NCBI GenBank assembly: GCA_963676615.1
Contig: OY781092.1
Span: forward strand, 256,001-320,000
Direction: 5' to 3'
Source: Candidatus Cloacimonadota bacterium
GTDB lineage: Bacteria > Cloacimonadota > Cloacimonadia > G963667145
DNA length: 64,000 bases
The notes beneath the pieces were generated by a model. It saw nothing but the letters and a program-made list of their open reading frames with translations. It ran no database searches and was not told the origin of the DNA. Each line of letters starts with the position of its first letter. The stretch's first letter is position 1. Below, piece after piece: positions 10,401-20,133 of this stretch. Position numbers and translations under genes: made by a program.

Positions 10401-11502
10401 ATTGCAAGGGCAAGAGCGGGCTAAGTTGCTGCTGAGCAACGCTTTCGACACAGGTCGAGTGCAGGGCAGTTTTCTGTTTTATGGTCCAGATGGTGTGGGC
10501 AAATTTAGCAAAGCGCTGGAGTTTGCCATGATTCTTAATTGCACTTCGACCGAACAAAAGCCTTGCCGTGTTTGTAACTCTTGCAAAAAATTTTTGGCGC
10601 TGTCGCATCCCGATTTTACCTACATTTTTCCGACGCCGAACCTCAAATTTCAGCCCGACGGCACGATTGGAGAGAGCAAATTTTTGAAAGAGTATGAAGC
10701 TTTTTTGCACAACAAAATCGATACGCCCCACAAAAGTTTTTTTTTCTCGGCAGGCACGCTGATTCGCATAGACGCTGTTCATATGCTGTCTCATCGGCTA
10801 AATATGAGCGCCAGCGAGAGTCGATACAAGGTTTGCATAATCGAGGATGCGCACCTGATGAACCAAAATGCGGCGAACGCTTTCCTGAAAATTTTGGAGG
10901 AGCCGCCCAAAGATTGCGTGATTATTTTGATTACCTCGCAAAAGGAGAGTCTGCTGCCGACGATTGTGTCTCGTTGCAAAGGGGTGCCTTTTGCCAAGCT
11001 GTCGTGGAAGGTGATAGCCAGCGTTTTGCACAAGCGTTACGCGGTGGAGACGGAGCAGGCGGAGCTTTATGCGAAAATCGCCGATGGCAATATGGCGCGG
11101 GGCATTAGGTTGACCAAAGGTTTTGGGCTGGAACTGCGAGATTTGGCGCTGAAGCTATTGCAGGTGATGTCCAAAGGCGATGATAGCGCAATGAGTCAAA
11201 TGTCGGCTGATTTGGGCAAGTCGTCTGTCAAAAACGAGATGCAGGTGGTTTTGCGGTATCTGAGCTCTTTTATTTTGGATGTTTACAAATTGACGCTGGG
11301 CGCAGAGCAGATAACCAATTTCGACCATTTGCAACTTTTGCGTGGGATTGCGCAAAAAGATTGGCGGCGGAGTGCGCTTTTCCCCGATTTGGTGGAATAT
11401 TTGGATACGATTATAAAGGTTAGCAATCTGAATTATAGTTTGTTGCTGATGGTTGTCTATGCCCGATATCGCGGCTGTGGCGCCAGTTATGCAGGGGTTT
11501 AG
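10390..11502 (+). CDS. holB: DNA polymerase III subunit delta'
   Basis: LFYGPDGVGK, Zn-binding CxxCxxC, HPDF, AANAFLKILEEPP, LLPTIVSRC. Confidence 0.92.
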   Translation: MPNRLQGQERAKLLLSNAFDTGRVQGSFLFYGPDGVGKFSKALEFAMILNCTSTEQKPCRVCNSCKKFLALSHPDFTYIFPTPNLKFQPDGTIGESKFLKEYEAFLHNKIDTPHKSFFFSAGTLIRIDAVHMLSHRLNMSASESRYKVCIIEDAHLMNQNAANAFLKILEEPPKDCVIILITSQKESLLPTIVSRCKGVPFAKLSWKVIASVLHKRYAVETEQAELYAKIADGNMARGIRLTKGFGLELRDLALKLLQVMSKGDDSAMSQMSADLGKSSVKNEMQVVLRYLSSFILDVYKLTLGAEQITNFDHLQLLRGIAQKDWRRSALFPDLVEYLDTIIKVSNLNYSLLLMVVYARYRGCGASYAGV

Positions 11503-11588
11503 AAAAAAAGTTTTCGAAATGAGAAGAAAATACTTGACCAGAAACACCCTGCTTTTTCTGTAGGGACACAAGATTGATAGTCGCAGTT

Positions 11589-11666
11589 CGGGGTGTAGCG
11601 CAGTCCGGTTAGCGCACTGGTTTTGGGAACCAGGGGTCGAAGGTTCGAATCCTTCTACCCCGACCA
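11589..11666 (+). tRNA. tRNA-Pro(TGG)
   Basis: Cloverleaf, anticodon stem CTGGT/ACCAG, loop TT-TGG-GA, encoded CCA. Confidence 0.96.
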
Positions 11667-11675
11667 TTTAAAAAT

Positions 11676-11751
11676 GGGTGTTTAGCTCAGTTGGGAGAGC
11701 ACCTGCCTTACAAGCAGGTGGTCGGGGGTTCAAGTCCCTCAACACCCACCA
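11676..11751 (+). tRNA. tRNA-Val(TAC)
   Basis: Cloverleaf, CCTGC-CTTACAA-GCAGG, encoded CCA. Confidence 0.96.
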
Positions 11752-11783
11752 TTTTTTTTTGTGAATATCAATCTCCTAAGTTT

Positions 11784-11860
11784 GGGGGTGTAGTTCAGTT
11801 GGTTAGAACGTCTGCCTGTCACGCAGAAGGTCGCGAGTTCGAGTCCCGTCACTCCCGCCA
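11784..11860 (+). tRNA. tRNA-Asp(GTC)
   Basis: Cloverleaf, TCTGC-CTGTCAC-GCAGA, encoded CCA. Confidence 0.96.
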
Positions 11861-11866
11861 TATTTC

Positions 11867-11909
11867 AAGCATCTATTTGCCCATCGGGCGAGAGTAGATG
11901 CTTTTTTTT
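11867..11909 (+). terminator. Intrinsic terminator after the tRNA operon
   Basis: AAGCATCTA...TAGATGCTT stem followed by a T run. Confidence 0.75.
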
Positions 11910-11926
11910 ATTGAAGGAGATAAATT

Positions 11927-12382
11927 ATGCCCAGACAGAAGTTTAGGTTCAATCCTTTCTTGAGAATTTTCACTCTTTTGGTTGGAATTTTGGCGATAGC
12001 CTACGGGGTTTATGCGATTTTTGTAATTCAGCCCGAAGGCAAATTGCGGCTGGTTTTGCCCTACATCGTGATTTTGCTGGCTGCCAACTCCGTTTTCCGC
12101 AACCTTTTTACTTTAAATTCAATAACTTTTGCTGGTGGAATGGTGATTTTCAAAAAACTGGCGCTGCCAAAATTTAGTCTCAAGCTGAAAAATATTGTCA
12201 AAATCAGTTTCGTTGATCGGAAGATGCGGTATTTGCGGCTCTCTTATCAAAACGGACAAACTCTTGAAAATTACACTTTTAACCTCGGTTTTCCCGCTGT
12301 TTTGGACGCTTTGTCGGAGATGAAGAAAAAAAATCCAGCTATCGAATTTGCGGGCGATTTGGGAAAAGATTTTGTAAAATGA
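11927..12382 (+). CDS. Hypothetical membrane protein (two N-terminal TM helices)
   Basis: AAGGAG RBS, two hydrophobic segments, overlaps the next gene. Confidence 0.7.
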   Translation: MPRQKFRFNPFLRIFTLLVGILAIAYGVYAIFVIQPEGKLRLVLPYIVILLAANSVFRNLFTLNSITFAGGMVIFKKLALPKFSLKLKNIVKISFVDRKMRYLRLSYQNGQTLENYTFNLGFPAVLDALSEMKKKNPAIEFAGDLGKDFVK

Positions 12383-13149
12383 TGCAGGTAGAGCGCGCAA
12401 TAATTGGTGGCACGGGCGTTTATAGCGCTGGTGTGAGCGGCTTGAGAAGCGTTTGTGTGGAGACCGAGTTTGGTCTTGTAACGCTGGATGTTGGTGAGAT
12501 TTCTGGGAAAAAGGTCGCTTTTTTGGCGCGGCACGGCAAAGAGCATTCGGCGCCGCCTCACAGGATAAACTATTTGGCGAATATGAAAGCGTTGCAAACG
12601 CTGGGCGTGAAGTTTGTTTACGCGACCGCAGCCGTAGGTTCGTGTCACAAATCTTATAGCGTCGGCGATTTGGTGCTGATTGATGACTTTATCGACTTTA
12701 CCAGCGGCAGAGTTAGCTCCTATTACGACGCCGTCGGCTCGGTGGCTCATGTGAAGATGGACGCTCCCTATTGCCGATATTTGCAAGACAAATTGAAACA
12801 GGTCGCAAGCTTGCTAATTGCCAGAGACGGAGTGGTTTACGGATGCACACAAGGTCCGAGATTTGAGACCGCCAGCGAAATTCGAGCTTACAAAAATTTG
12901 GGCGCCGATGTCATCGGAATGACGGGCGTTCCTGAGGTTTGCCTCGCCAAAGAGTTGGGGATGTGCTATGCGGCAGTGGGCGTTGTGACCAATATGTGCA
13001 GCGGAGTTGAGGCGGAAATCACGCATCAGGAGATTATCGCCAGTATGTCGCAAAATAAGGGGAAGCTCATAAACGCTTTTGAGGTAGTGTTTTCGCAGGA
13101 TCTCACGCAAGAGCGGTGCGATTGCAAAAACTCGTTGATTTTTTTGTAG
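12379..13149 (+). CDS. mtnP: Methylthioadenosine/methylthioinosine phosphorylase (MTAP/PNP family)
   Basis: IIGGTG, FLARHG...PPHRINYLAN, GPRFETASEI, IGMTGVPE; VTN rather than VTD suggests a 6-oxopurine preference. Confidence 0.85.
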   Translation: MMQVERAIIGGTGVYSAGVSGLRSVCVETEFGLVTLDVGEISGKKVAFLARHGKEHSAPPHRINYLANMKALQTLGVKFVYATAAVGSCHKSYSVGDLVLIDDFIDFTSGRVSSYYDAVGSVAHVKMDAPYCRYLQDKLKQVASLLIARDGVVYGCTQGPRFETASEIRAYKNLGADVIGMTGVPEVCLAKELGMCYAAVGVVTNMCSGVEAEITHQEIIASMSQNKGKLINAFEVVFSQDLTQERCDCKNSLIFL

Positions 13150-13602
13150 ATGATCAGAATTTTTTGGATTGGCAAAACGAAAAACAAGCACATTCGAGAG
13201 TTAATCGACTATTATCTGAAGCTTGCCTCGCGGTTTCAGCCGCTGAAAGTTTGCGATTTGCCCAAGGCGAAAAAGGGCGTTTCCAAAGACGAAATCAAGG
13301 AGCAAGAGGCGCAAACGATTTTGAGTAAATTTGCTTCAGGCGGCTTGAATATTTTGCTTGATGAAAGGGGAGAAAGTTTTGAATCGCCGCAATTTGCCAG
13401 TTTTTTGCAAAAAAAATCTGCACAGGAGATCAATTTTTTCATCGGCGGAGCTTTTGGTTTTGCGCCGATTGTTCGAGAAAAAGCTGATTTTTTGCTGAGT
13501 TTTTCGGCGATGACATTCACTCACGATATGATAAGGGCTTTGCTTTGCGAGCAGATTTATCGGGCTTTCACGATAACCGCCGGCAAAGAGTATCACTATT
13601 AA
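13150..13602 (+). CDS. rlmH: 23S rRNA m3-pseudouridine1915 methyltransferase
   Basis: LLDERG, FFIGGAFG, LSFSAMTFTH, EQIYRAFTI...YHY. Confidence 0.95.
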   Translation: MIRIFWIGKTKNKHIRELIDYYLKLASRFQPLKVCDLPKAKKGVSKDEIKEQEAQTILSKFASGGLNILLDERGESFESPQFASFLQKKSAQEINFFIGGAFGFAPIVREKADFLLSFSAMTFTHDMIRALLCEQIYRAFTITAGKEYHY

Positions 13603-13603
13603 A

Positions 13604-14644
13604 ATGCACATTTTTGATTTTCCTACGCAGGAGAGTTTGGCGATTTTTTTGCAGGAGCGAGGGTTTGCTAAGTTTCGAGCTGGGCAGATTTTAGATTGGG
13701 TTTACGCAAAGTTAGTTTTGGATTTGGAGCAGATGAGTAATTTGCCCAAAGATTTGCGAAAAACGCTTGCGGAAGATTTGAGCTGGGAGATTTTAGCGGA
13801 GCATCGGCGACAAAAAGCGCCCGACGGATCGGTTAAGGTGGCTTTGGCTTTGGCAGACGGCAATATCATCGAGAGCGTTTTGCTTTCGGCAGAGCGCAGG
13901 TTGACGCTTTGCGTTTCGACGCAGGTTGGTTGCAAAATGGGCTGTAAATTTTGCGCAACGGGCAAGCTCGGATTTGTGCGCAATCTTTCGACAGCGGAGA
14001 TTGTCTCTCAGATTTTTTGGGCGGCAAAGGTGTGCGCCGAGCAGGGCAGACGGCTGAGCAACCTGGTGTATATGGGGATGGGAGAGCCGCTGGACAATTA
14101 TCAGGCGACGGTGGCTAGCGTGCGTATCGCCAAAAAATTTTTTGGTTTGGGCGCGAAAAGAATCGTGATTTCCACCTGCGGTTTACCAGAGGAAATTGCC
14201 GCTCTTGCGCAAGATGAGCCGAATCTCAAGTTGGCTGTGTCGCTACATTCCGCAAAAGAGCAGAGCCGCAAAATTTTGATGCCGATAGCCAGAAAGCACT
14301 CTTTGCAGGAGTTGAAAAAAGCTCTTTTCACTTTTGCCAAACGCTCGCCGTTCAAGCTGACTTTTGAGTATATTTTGCTGCCCGATGTGAATATGAGCGG
14401 TGCCGACGCCAAAGCGCTTATTTCGTATTTGGGAGATTTGCCCGCGAAGGTGAATTTCATCCCTTACAATAAGGTCAGCGGGCTGGATTACGCCTCGCCT
14501 AGCAAAGCTGAAATCGCTAAATTTTGCGCAAAATTTTCGGCGAGCGCTTTTTCTTGCACGCTGCGAAATTCTCAAGGGGCTAAAGTGCAGGCGGCTTGTG
14601 GACAGCTCGCTGGGGATAAAAAAAGCTCTACCCAAAAAAGATAG
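13604..14644 (+). CDS. rlmN: 23S rRNA/tRNA m2A radical-SAM methyltransferase
   Basis: CVSTQVGCKMGCKFC, MGMGEP, AVSLH, AACGQL. Confidence 0.95.
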   Translation: MHIFDFPTQESLAIFLQERGFAKFRAGQILDWVYAKLVLDLEQMSNLPKDLRKTLAEDLSWEILAEHRRQKAPDGSVKVALALADGNIIESVLLSAERRLTLCVSTQVGCKMGCKFCATGKLGFVRNLSTAEIVSQIFWAAKVCAEQGRRLSNLVYMGMGEPLDNYQATVASVRIAKKFFGLGAKRIVISTCGLPEEIAALAQDEPNLKLAVSLHSAKEQSRKILMPIARKHSLQELKKALFTFAKRSPFKLTFEYILLPDVNMSGADAKALISYLGDLPAKVNFIPYNKVSGLDYASPSKAEIAKFCAKFSASAFSCTLRNSQGAKVQAACGQLAGDKKSSTQKR

Positions 14645-14670
14645 AGCTAACTGTTTTATTTTTCAAAAAG

Positions 14671-15240
14671 TTACTTGATTCTCTCCAAGTATTTTCCCGT
14701 GCGTGTGTCGATTTTAACGACGCTTCCCTCTTCGACAAAAAACGGGATTGAAATGCTCATTCCTGTCTCGGTTTTGCCTGTTTTATAGCTGGTGGAAGCG
14801 GAATTGCCCTTCACATTTGGCTCGCATTCGGTAACTTTCAGGTTGACGCTGGTCGGCAGTTCAATCCCCAAAATCACGCTGCTATCGTCCTCGCGGAACT
14901 TGATTTTGACGCTGGTGCCCTCGAGCAAATAGTATTTGTTGTCGCCCACAACCTCTTTGGTGACGGCGATTTGCTCGAAAGTTTCGCTGTTCATAAAGTG
15001 AAAAAAATCTTCGTCGGAGTAGAGAAAATCCAGTTTGTGCGCCTCCACTCGGATCGGCTCGATTTTTTCGCCAGCGCGAAAAGTGTTCTCAACCACTTGC
15101 CCAGTTTGCACATTTTTTAGCTTTGTCCGCACGAAAGCTCCGCCTTTGCCGGGCTTTACATGCAAAAATTCCACGACTTCCCACAATTTGTCTTTGAAGT
15201 CGATAATCAGTCCATTACGAATATCAGAAGTTGTTGCCAT
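14671..15240 (-). CDS. efp: Elongation factor P
   Basis: HVKPGKGGAFVRTKLKN, KIDTRTGKYLER. Confidence 0.97.
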   Translation of the reverse strand: MATTSDIRNGLIIDFKDKLWEVVEFLHVKPGKGGAFVRTKLKNVQTGQVVENTFRAGEKIEPIRVEAHKLDFLYSDEDFFHFMNSETFEQIAVTKEVVGDNKYYLLEGTSVKIKFREDDSSVILGIELPTSVNLKVTECEPNVKGNSASTSYKTGKTETGMSISIPFFVEEGSVVKIDTRTGKYLERIK

Positions 15241-15366
15241 AATTTCATAAGCTCCTTAATTTTCAAAAAGTTATCTCAAGCCAAACGCTTGACTTTTGTT
15301 TATATTTTTTTTGAATTTGGCGTTTCCACAAAAAAAAAGCCTCCTAAAAATAGGGGCTAAAAAAAA

Positions 15367-15453
15367 TGGTGCCGAAGGCCGGACTCGAACCGGCACGAGC
15401 AAAAACTCGGAGGATTTTGAATCCACTGCGTCTACCAATTTCACCACTTCGGC
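15367..15453 (-). tRNA. tRNA-Leu(CAA)
   Basis: Reverse complement GCCGAAGTGGTGAAATTGGTAGACGC...TT-CAA-AA, long variable arm, ends CCA. Confidence 0.93.
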
Positions 15454-15665
15454 TTATAAAAATCACAAAAAAATCACCATTTGTGTCCAACCAAATTTTC
15501 GGGATTATTCAGTCAAGCAAATTTTTTCTTAGCTTTGTAATTTTCTTTAATTTGCGCAAATATGAGCTTTATCTGTTTTTTTGTTGACAATTGAGGTAAA
15601 AAGTTTTTGCTTTTTGATTTGGTTGAAATTTGTTTGATTTTTGGTGAAATGAAAAGGAGGGAATT

Positions 15666-16901
15666 ATGGGAGACAATGTAAATCACAGTCACGATTTTTC
15701 GCTAGAGAAAGTGCCTGAGGGCTCAAAAAGGGGATTTTGGTCGCTTTTGGTGGTAATGCTTGGATTTACTTTTTTTTCTGCAAGTATGTGGGCTGGTGGG
15801 AGTCTCGGGACGCAATTGAGCTTGGGTAAATTTTTTATAGTGGTGCTTTGCGGAAATCTGATTTTGGGCGTATATACTGGTTTGCTTGCGAATATTGCCG
15901 CCAAAACTGGCTTGAGCACACATTTGCTGGCGCACTATTCTTATGGAACGAAAGGCTCATATCTGGCGTCGTTTTTGCTCGCTTTTACGCAGATAGGCTG
16001 GTTTGGTGTGGGAGTGGCGATGTTTGCGCTTCCTGTGCAAAAAGTGACAGGTGCGAACATCTATTTACTCGTGGTGCTCTCTGGCGCTTTGATGACCTGC
16101 ACGGCGTATTTTGGCTTTAAAGCTCTGACAGCTCTTAGCTTTGTGGCGGTGCCAGCAATTACGATTTTGGGACTGATGTCTGTCAGCAAGGCCGCGGGTT
16201 CGATTGGAGGATTTGGGGCTTTAGCAAGCATTACGCCGTCAAACAGTATGTCGATGTATATTGCGATTTCTGCGTGCGTGGGCTCTTTTATTTCGGGCGG
16301 AACGCTAACGCCGGACTTCACAAGATTTGCCAAAAACTCTAAAATCAGCGTCTCGACAACAGTGATAGCTTTTTTTATCGGCAACACTTTGATGTTTTTC
16401 TTCGGCGCAGTGGGTGCTATGGCGACAGGCAAATCGGACATTTCGGAAGTGCTTTTTGGACAGGAACTGATTATTGCGGGCATCGTCATTCTCGGATTTA
16501 ACATCTGGACGACTAACGATAATGCCCTTTATGCCTCTGGTTTGGGATTGTCCAATATCACCAAATTGCCCAAAAACAAGTTGATTATTTTTATCGGGAT
16601 TTTAGGAACGCTCGCCGCTCTTTGGTTATACGACAACTTTGTCGGTTGGCTTAGTTTTTTGAGCGTGGCGATTCCCTCAATAGGTGCAATTATTATCACC
16701 GATTTTTATATCGTCCATAAGAGAAAATACGCCGAATACAACGGAAAAGGACACAAGGAGATTCATTGGCCTGCTATTTTGGCTTGGATTATCGGATTTT
16801 TGGCTGCTAAATTTATTCCGGGTGTGCCGCCAATCAACGGGATTTTGGCTGCAGGAGTCAGTTATTATCTAGTTTGTAAAATTTCTGGTGTAAAAGCTTA
16901 G
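15666..16901 (+). CDS. codB: Cytosine permease (NCS1 family)
   Basis: LGFTFFSASMW, TQIGWFGVGVAMF, NIWTTNDNALY; adjacent to codA. Confidence 0.93.
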   Translation: MGDNVNHSHDFSLEKVPEGSKRGFWSLLVVMLGFTFFSASMWAGGSLGTQLSLGKFFIVVLCGNLILGVYTGLLANIAAKTGLSTHLLAHYSYGTKGSYLASFLLAFTQIGWFGVGVAMFALPVQKVTGANIYLLVVLSGALMTCTAYFGFKALTALSFVAVPAITILGLMSVSKAAGSIGGFGALASITPSNSMSMYIAISACVGSFISGGTLTPDFTRFAKNSKISVSTTVIAFFIGNTLMFFFGAVGAMATGKSDISEVLFGQELIIAGIVILGFNIWTTNDNALYASGLGLSNITKLPKNKLIIFIGILGTLAALWLYDNFVGWLSFLSVAIPSIGAIIITDFYIVHKRKYAEYNGKGHKEIHWPAILAWIIGFLAAKFIPGVPPINGILAAGVSYYLVCKISGVKA

Positions 16902-16926
16902 TGTTTGAGATTTGGGAGAGATTAAA

Positions 16927-18186
16927 ATGATCGTGAAAAATGTGAAATTGCGTGGCAGAGAAGGAGTTTGGCAAATTTTGGTAAAAGACGGAAAAATTGC
17001 GAAAATTGCCAAAGATTTGCCAGAAGAAGATGTGCAAGTGATAGATGGCGAGGGAAATCTTGCTTGGCCGCCGTTTGTCGAGCCGCATGTGCATTTGGAC
17101 ACAACTCTCACTGCTGGTCAGCCAAGGTGGAATCTCTCGGGCACGCTTTTTGAGGGCATCGAAAGATGGTCGGAGCGAAAGCAGACGCTCAGCGAAGAAG
17201 ATGTGATGGCACGGGCAAAAAAAGCGATTTCTTGGCAGATAGCCGGAGGCATTCAGCACATTCGGACTCATGTGGACACGACAGACCCCCAGCTCACTGC
17301 AGTTCGAGCTTTGGCGAAGGTGCGCGAGGAGCTGAAAGATGTGGTTGATTTGCAAATTGTTGCTTTTCCTCAAGAGGGAATTTTGTCGTATCCGAAAGGC
17401 TTGGATTTGATGAAAAAGGCGATAGATTTGGGTGCAGATGTGATTGGAGCGATTCCGCATTTTGAGTTCACTAGGGAGTATGGGGTGCAGTCGATTGAGC
17501 AGATTATGGCTCTGGCAAAAGAGACGGGGCTGCTAGTGGATGTGCATTGCGACGAGATAGACGATGAGCAGTCGCGATTTGTGGAGGTGCTGGCGACAAA
17601 AGCTTTGGAATATGGCATCGGCGAGAAAGTTACTGCGAGCCACACAACGGCGATGCATTCATATAACAACGCCTACGCTTATAAACTTTTTCGATTGTTG
17701 AAGATGTCGGGAATAAATTTCGCCTCCAATCCGCTGGTAAATATTCACCTGCAAGGGCGGTTCGACAATTATCCCAAAAGAAGAGGGCTGACCAGAGTGC
17801 CAGAAATGCTGGATGCGGGCATAAATGTTTGTTTTGGTCACGACGATATTTTCGACCCTTGGTATCCGCTGGGCACTGGCAATATGTTGCAAGTGTTGCA
17901 TATGGGGCTACATGTGGTGCAGATTATGGGCTACGAGCAGCTTTGCAACTCGCTAGATTTGATTTCCTACAATAGCGCCAAAACTTTGCAATTGGACAGC
18001 TACGGGATAGAAGAGGGTAACGACGCCAATTTTATCATTTTAAGTCAGGACAACCCGTATGATGCGTTGAGATTGCAGGCAAAGGTCGCTTATTCAATCC
18101 GAAAAGGCAAAATAATCTCTCGTTGTCAGCCGTTTAAAACCTATGTAGATTTGGGCGCAGGCGAAAAAGAGGTAGATTATAAGTGA
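16927..18186 (+). CDS. codA: Cytosine deaminase
   Basis: [45 protein letters not shown]. Confidence 0.95.
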   Translation: MIVKNVKLRGREGVWQILVKDGKIAKIAKDLPEEDVQVIDGEGNLAWPPFVEPHVHLDTTLTAGQPRWNLSGTLFEGIERWSERKQTLSEEDVMARAKKAISWQIAGGIQHIRTHVDTTDPQLTAVRALAKVREELKDVVDLQIVAFPQEGILSYPKGLDLMKKAIDLGADVIGAIPHFEFTREYGVQSIEQIMALAKETGLLVDVHCDEIDDEQSRFVEVLATKALEYGIGEKVTASHTTAMHSYNNAYAYKLFRLLKMSGINFASNPLVNIHLQGRFDNYPKRRGLTRVPEMLDAGINVCFGHDDIFDPWYPLGTGNMLQVLHMGLHVVQIMGYEQLCNSLDLISYNSAKTLQLDSYGIEEGNDANFIILSQDNPYDALRLQAKVAYSIRKGKIISRCQPFKTYVDLGAGEKEVDYK

Positions 18187-18286
18187 TTTGATAATTTCGC
18201 TGTGCTTTGTCTCAAAAAAAAGATTGACGGCTTGTTGAAGTCGGCAGAGTTTTGGGGAAATTTGATAAAAATTAAGGAGAGATTTT

Positions 18287-19858
18287 ATGGAAGCAAATTT
18301 TGGGTGGCTGGCGCTTTTGCCGCCGCTGATTGCCATCGGTTTGGCGATTTGGAAAAGAGAGGTGGTGATTTCGCTGCTTTTGGGGACATTCGTTGGCGTG
18401 ACGATTATCAACGGCTGGAACCCCATCAAGGGGCTGCTGGAAACTTTTAGCACCTATATCGTCGGCAGGTCGCTTGCGGACGCCTGGAATGTCGGCGTGA
18501 TTCTATTTTGCTTGGCTATCGGCGGAATGATCGGCATCATCAGCAAAACTGGCGGCACAAAAGCTATCGCAGACGCCTTGACCCGCAAAGCCTCGGACAC
18601 GAGATCGACGATGCTGGCAACTTTTTTGATGACTCTGGCGATTTTTTTCGACGACTACGCCAACTCGCTTTTGGTGGGCAACACAATGCGCCCGATTTCC
18701 GACAAACAAAAGATTTCGCGCGAAAAATTTTCGTATATAATCGACACGGGCGCAGCCAGTGCCTCGTCGATGGCGCCAGTCTCCACCTGGATTGCGATGG
18801 AAATTGGGCTGATCGCCACGGCGTTTAAAGCTCTCTCGGTCGATGCAAACCCGATGATAATTTTTTTTCAGACCGTTCCGTTTCGGTTTTACTCGCTCTT
18901 GGCGCTCTTTTTCGCCTTTATGATAATTTTTTTGCGTAGAGATTTTGGACCGATGTTGGACGCAGAATTGCGCGCTCGCAGAACAGGCAAAGTCTCTCGA
19001 GAAGGAGCAGAGCCAATCGTGGTCGAGGACAAATCGCTTTTTCCCGACAAAGGAGTCGTGGGCAGCATCTACGATATGATTTTGCCGCTGGCGGTGTTTT
19101 TGCTGGTAACGGTCGTCGGTTTGTGGTATAACGGCGGCGGAATGGAAAAAAGCATCAAAGACGCTTTTGGCGACGCGGACGCTTCGGTCGTGCTCACTTG
19201 GGGCGCTTTCATCAGTTCGATTGTAATAATTTGCAAAGGCATCTGGAACAAAAAATTTTCTCTGAAAGAGGCAGTCGATTCGTGGGTTGCGGGCGTAAAA
19301 ACGATGCTTATGGCGTGCATCGTGCTTTGTCTGGCTTTTGCTCTCAAGGCGGTAATCGACGATATGGGGCTCTCCAGCTGGATTGTCGATAGCCTTAAAA
19401 CGATGCTCTCGGGGCATTTGGTGCCAGCTCTAACTTTCGCCGTTGCAGCGTTCATCGCCCTTTCCACAGGCACATCTTGGGGAACTTGCGCGATTTTGAT
19501 GCCGATAGCCATTCCAATTGCCGTGGGATTTTCCGCCGCAGGATCGGGCAGCGAAGTCAACTACATCGTAATCGCCACAATCGCTTCAGTCTTGACGGGC
19601 GCCGTGATGGGAGACCACTGCTCGCCTATATCGGACACCACAATCTTGTCCTCCGCGGGAGCGGGCGCCGACCACATCGACCATGTTCGCACGCAAATGC
19701 CCTATGCTCTGACAGTTGCGGGGATAGCTTTTGTGCTGTTCATCTTTGCGGGATACGGGCTTCAGCCAATTTTTTGCTTGATTTTGGGAGCGATAGCCGT
19801 TGCGAGCATAATCCGAGTTTTCGGCACGAAATACAACGACCAAGGCGGGATCGAGTAA
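18287..19858 (+). CDS. Na+/H+ antiporter NhaC-family membrane transporter
   Basis: IFFDDYAN, TGTSWGT, GDHCSPISDTTILSS, HIDHVRTQMPY. Confidence 0.88.
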   Translation: MEANFGWLALLPPLIAIGLAIWKREVVISLLLGTFVGVTIINGWNPIKGLLETFSTYIVGRSLADAWNVGVILFCLAIGGMIGIISKTGGTKAIADALTRKASDTRSTMLATFLMTLAIFFDDYANSLLVGNTMRPISDKQKISREKFSYIIDTGAASASSMAPVSTWIAMEIGLIATAFKALSVDANPMIIFFQTVPFRFYSLLALFFAFMIIFLRRDFGPMLDAELRARRTGKVSREGAEPIVVEDKSLFPDKGVVGSIYDMILPLAVFLLVTVVGLWYNGGGMEKSIKDAFGDADASVVLTWGAFISSIVIICKGIWNKKFSLKEAVDSWVAGVKTMLMACIVLCLAFALKAVIDDMGLSSWIVDSLKTMLSGHLVPALTFAVAAFIALSTGTSWGTCAILMPIAIPIAVGFSAAGSGSEVNYIVIATIASVLTGAVMGDHCSPISDTTILSSAGAGADHIDHVRTQMPYALTVAGIAFVLFIFAGYGLQPIFCLILGAIAVASIIRVFGTKYNDQGGIE

Positions 19859-19881
19859 CCTTAAATTGCCCAAAAAAATCT

Positions 19882-19908
19882 AAAGCCTGCTAGCCAGCGG
19901 GCTTTTTT
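19882..19908 (+). terminator. Intrinsic terminator
   Basis: AAAGCCTGCT...AGCGGGCTTTTTT hairpin plus T tract. Confidence 0.75.
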
Positions 19909-20024
19909 GAATATTTTGGGAGTCTAAACAACTGAAGCTGAAAATTATGATTGTTTTGCTAGAAAAAGATGGAAGGATTTAAATCGAAAAAGGAAAGAGC
20001 GATTTAATAGGATTTAGTTTTCTG

Positions 20025-20133
20025 TTATTTTTTTTTTAAAATAGAAAAAATTCCTAACGCAGCGCAAATCGTTATTAAAAGATAGCTATTAGTTTTGGTT
20101 AAGTTAAATAATGGTATTGGCAATAAAAAAATT
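20025..20133 (-). pseudogene. Severed 3' end (last TM helix) of the gene at 21452..22487
   Basis: Reads IFLLPIPLFNLTKTNSYLLITICAALGIFSILKKK*; in frame with the upstream part once the IS and one target duplication are removed. Confidence 0.85.
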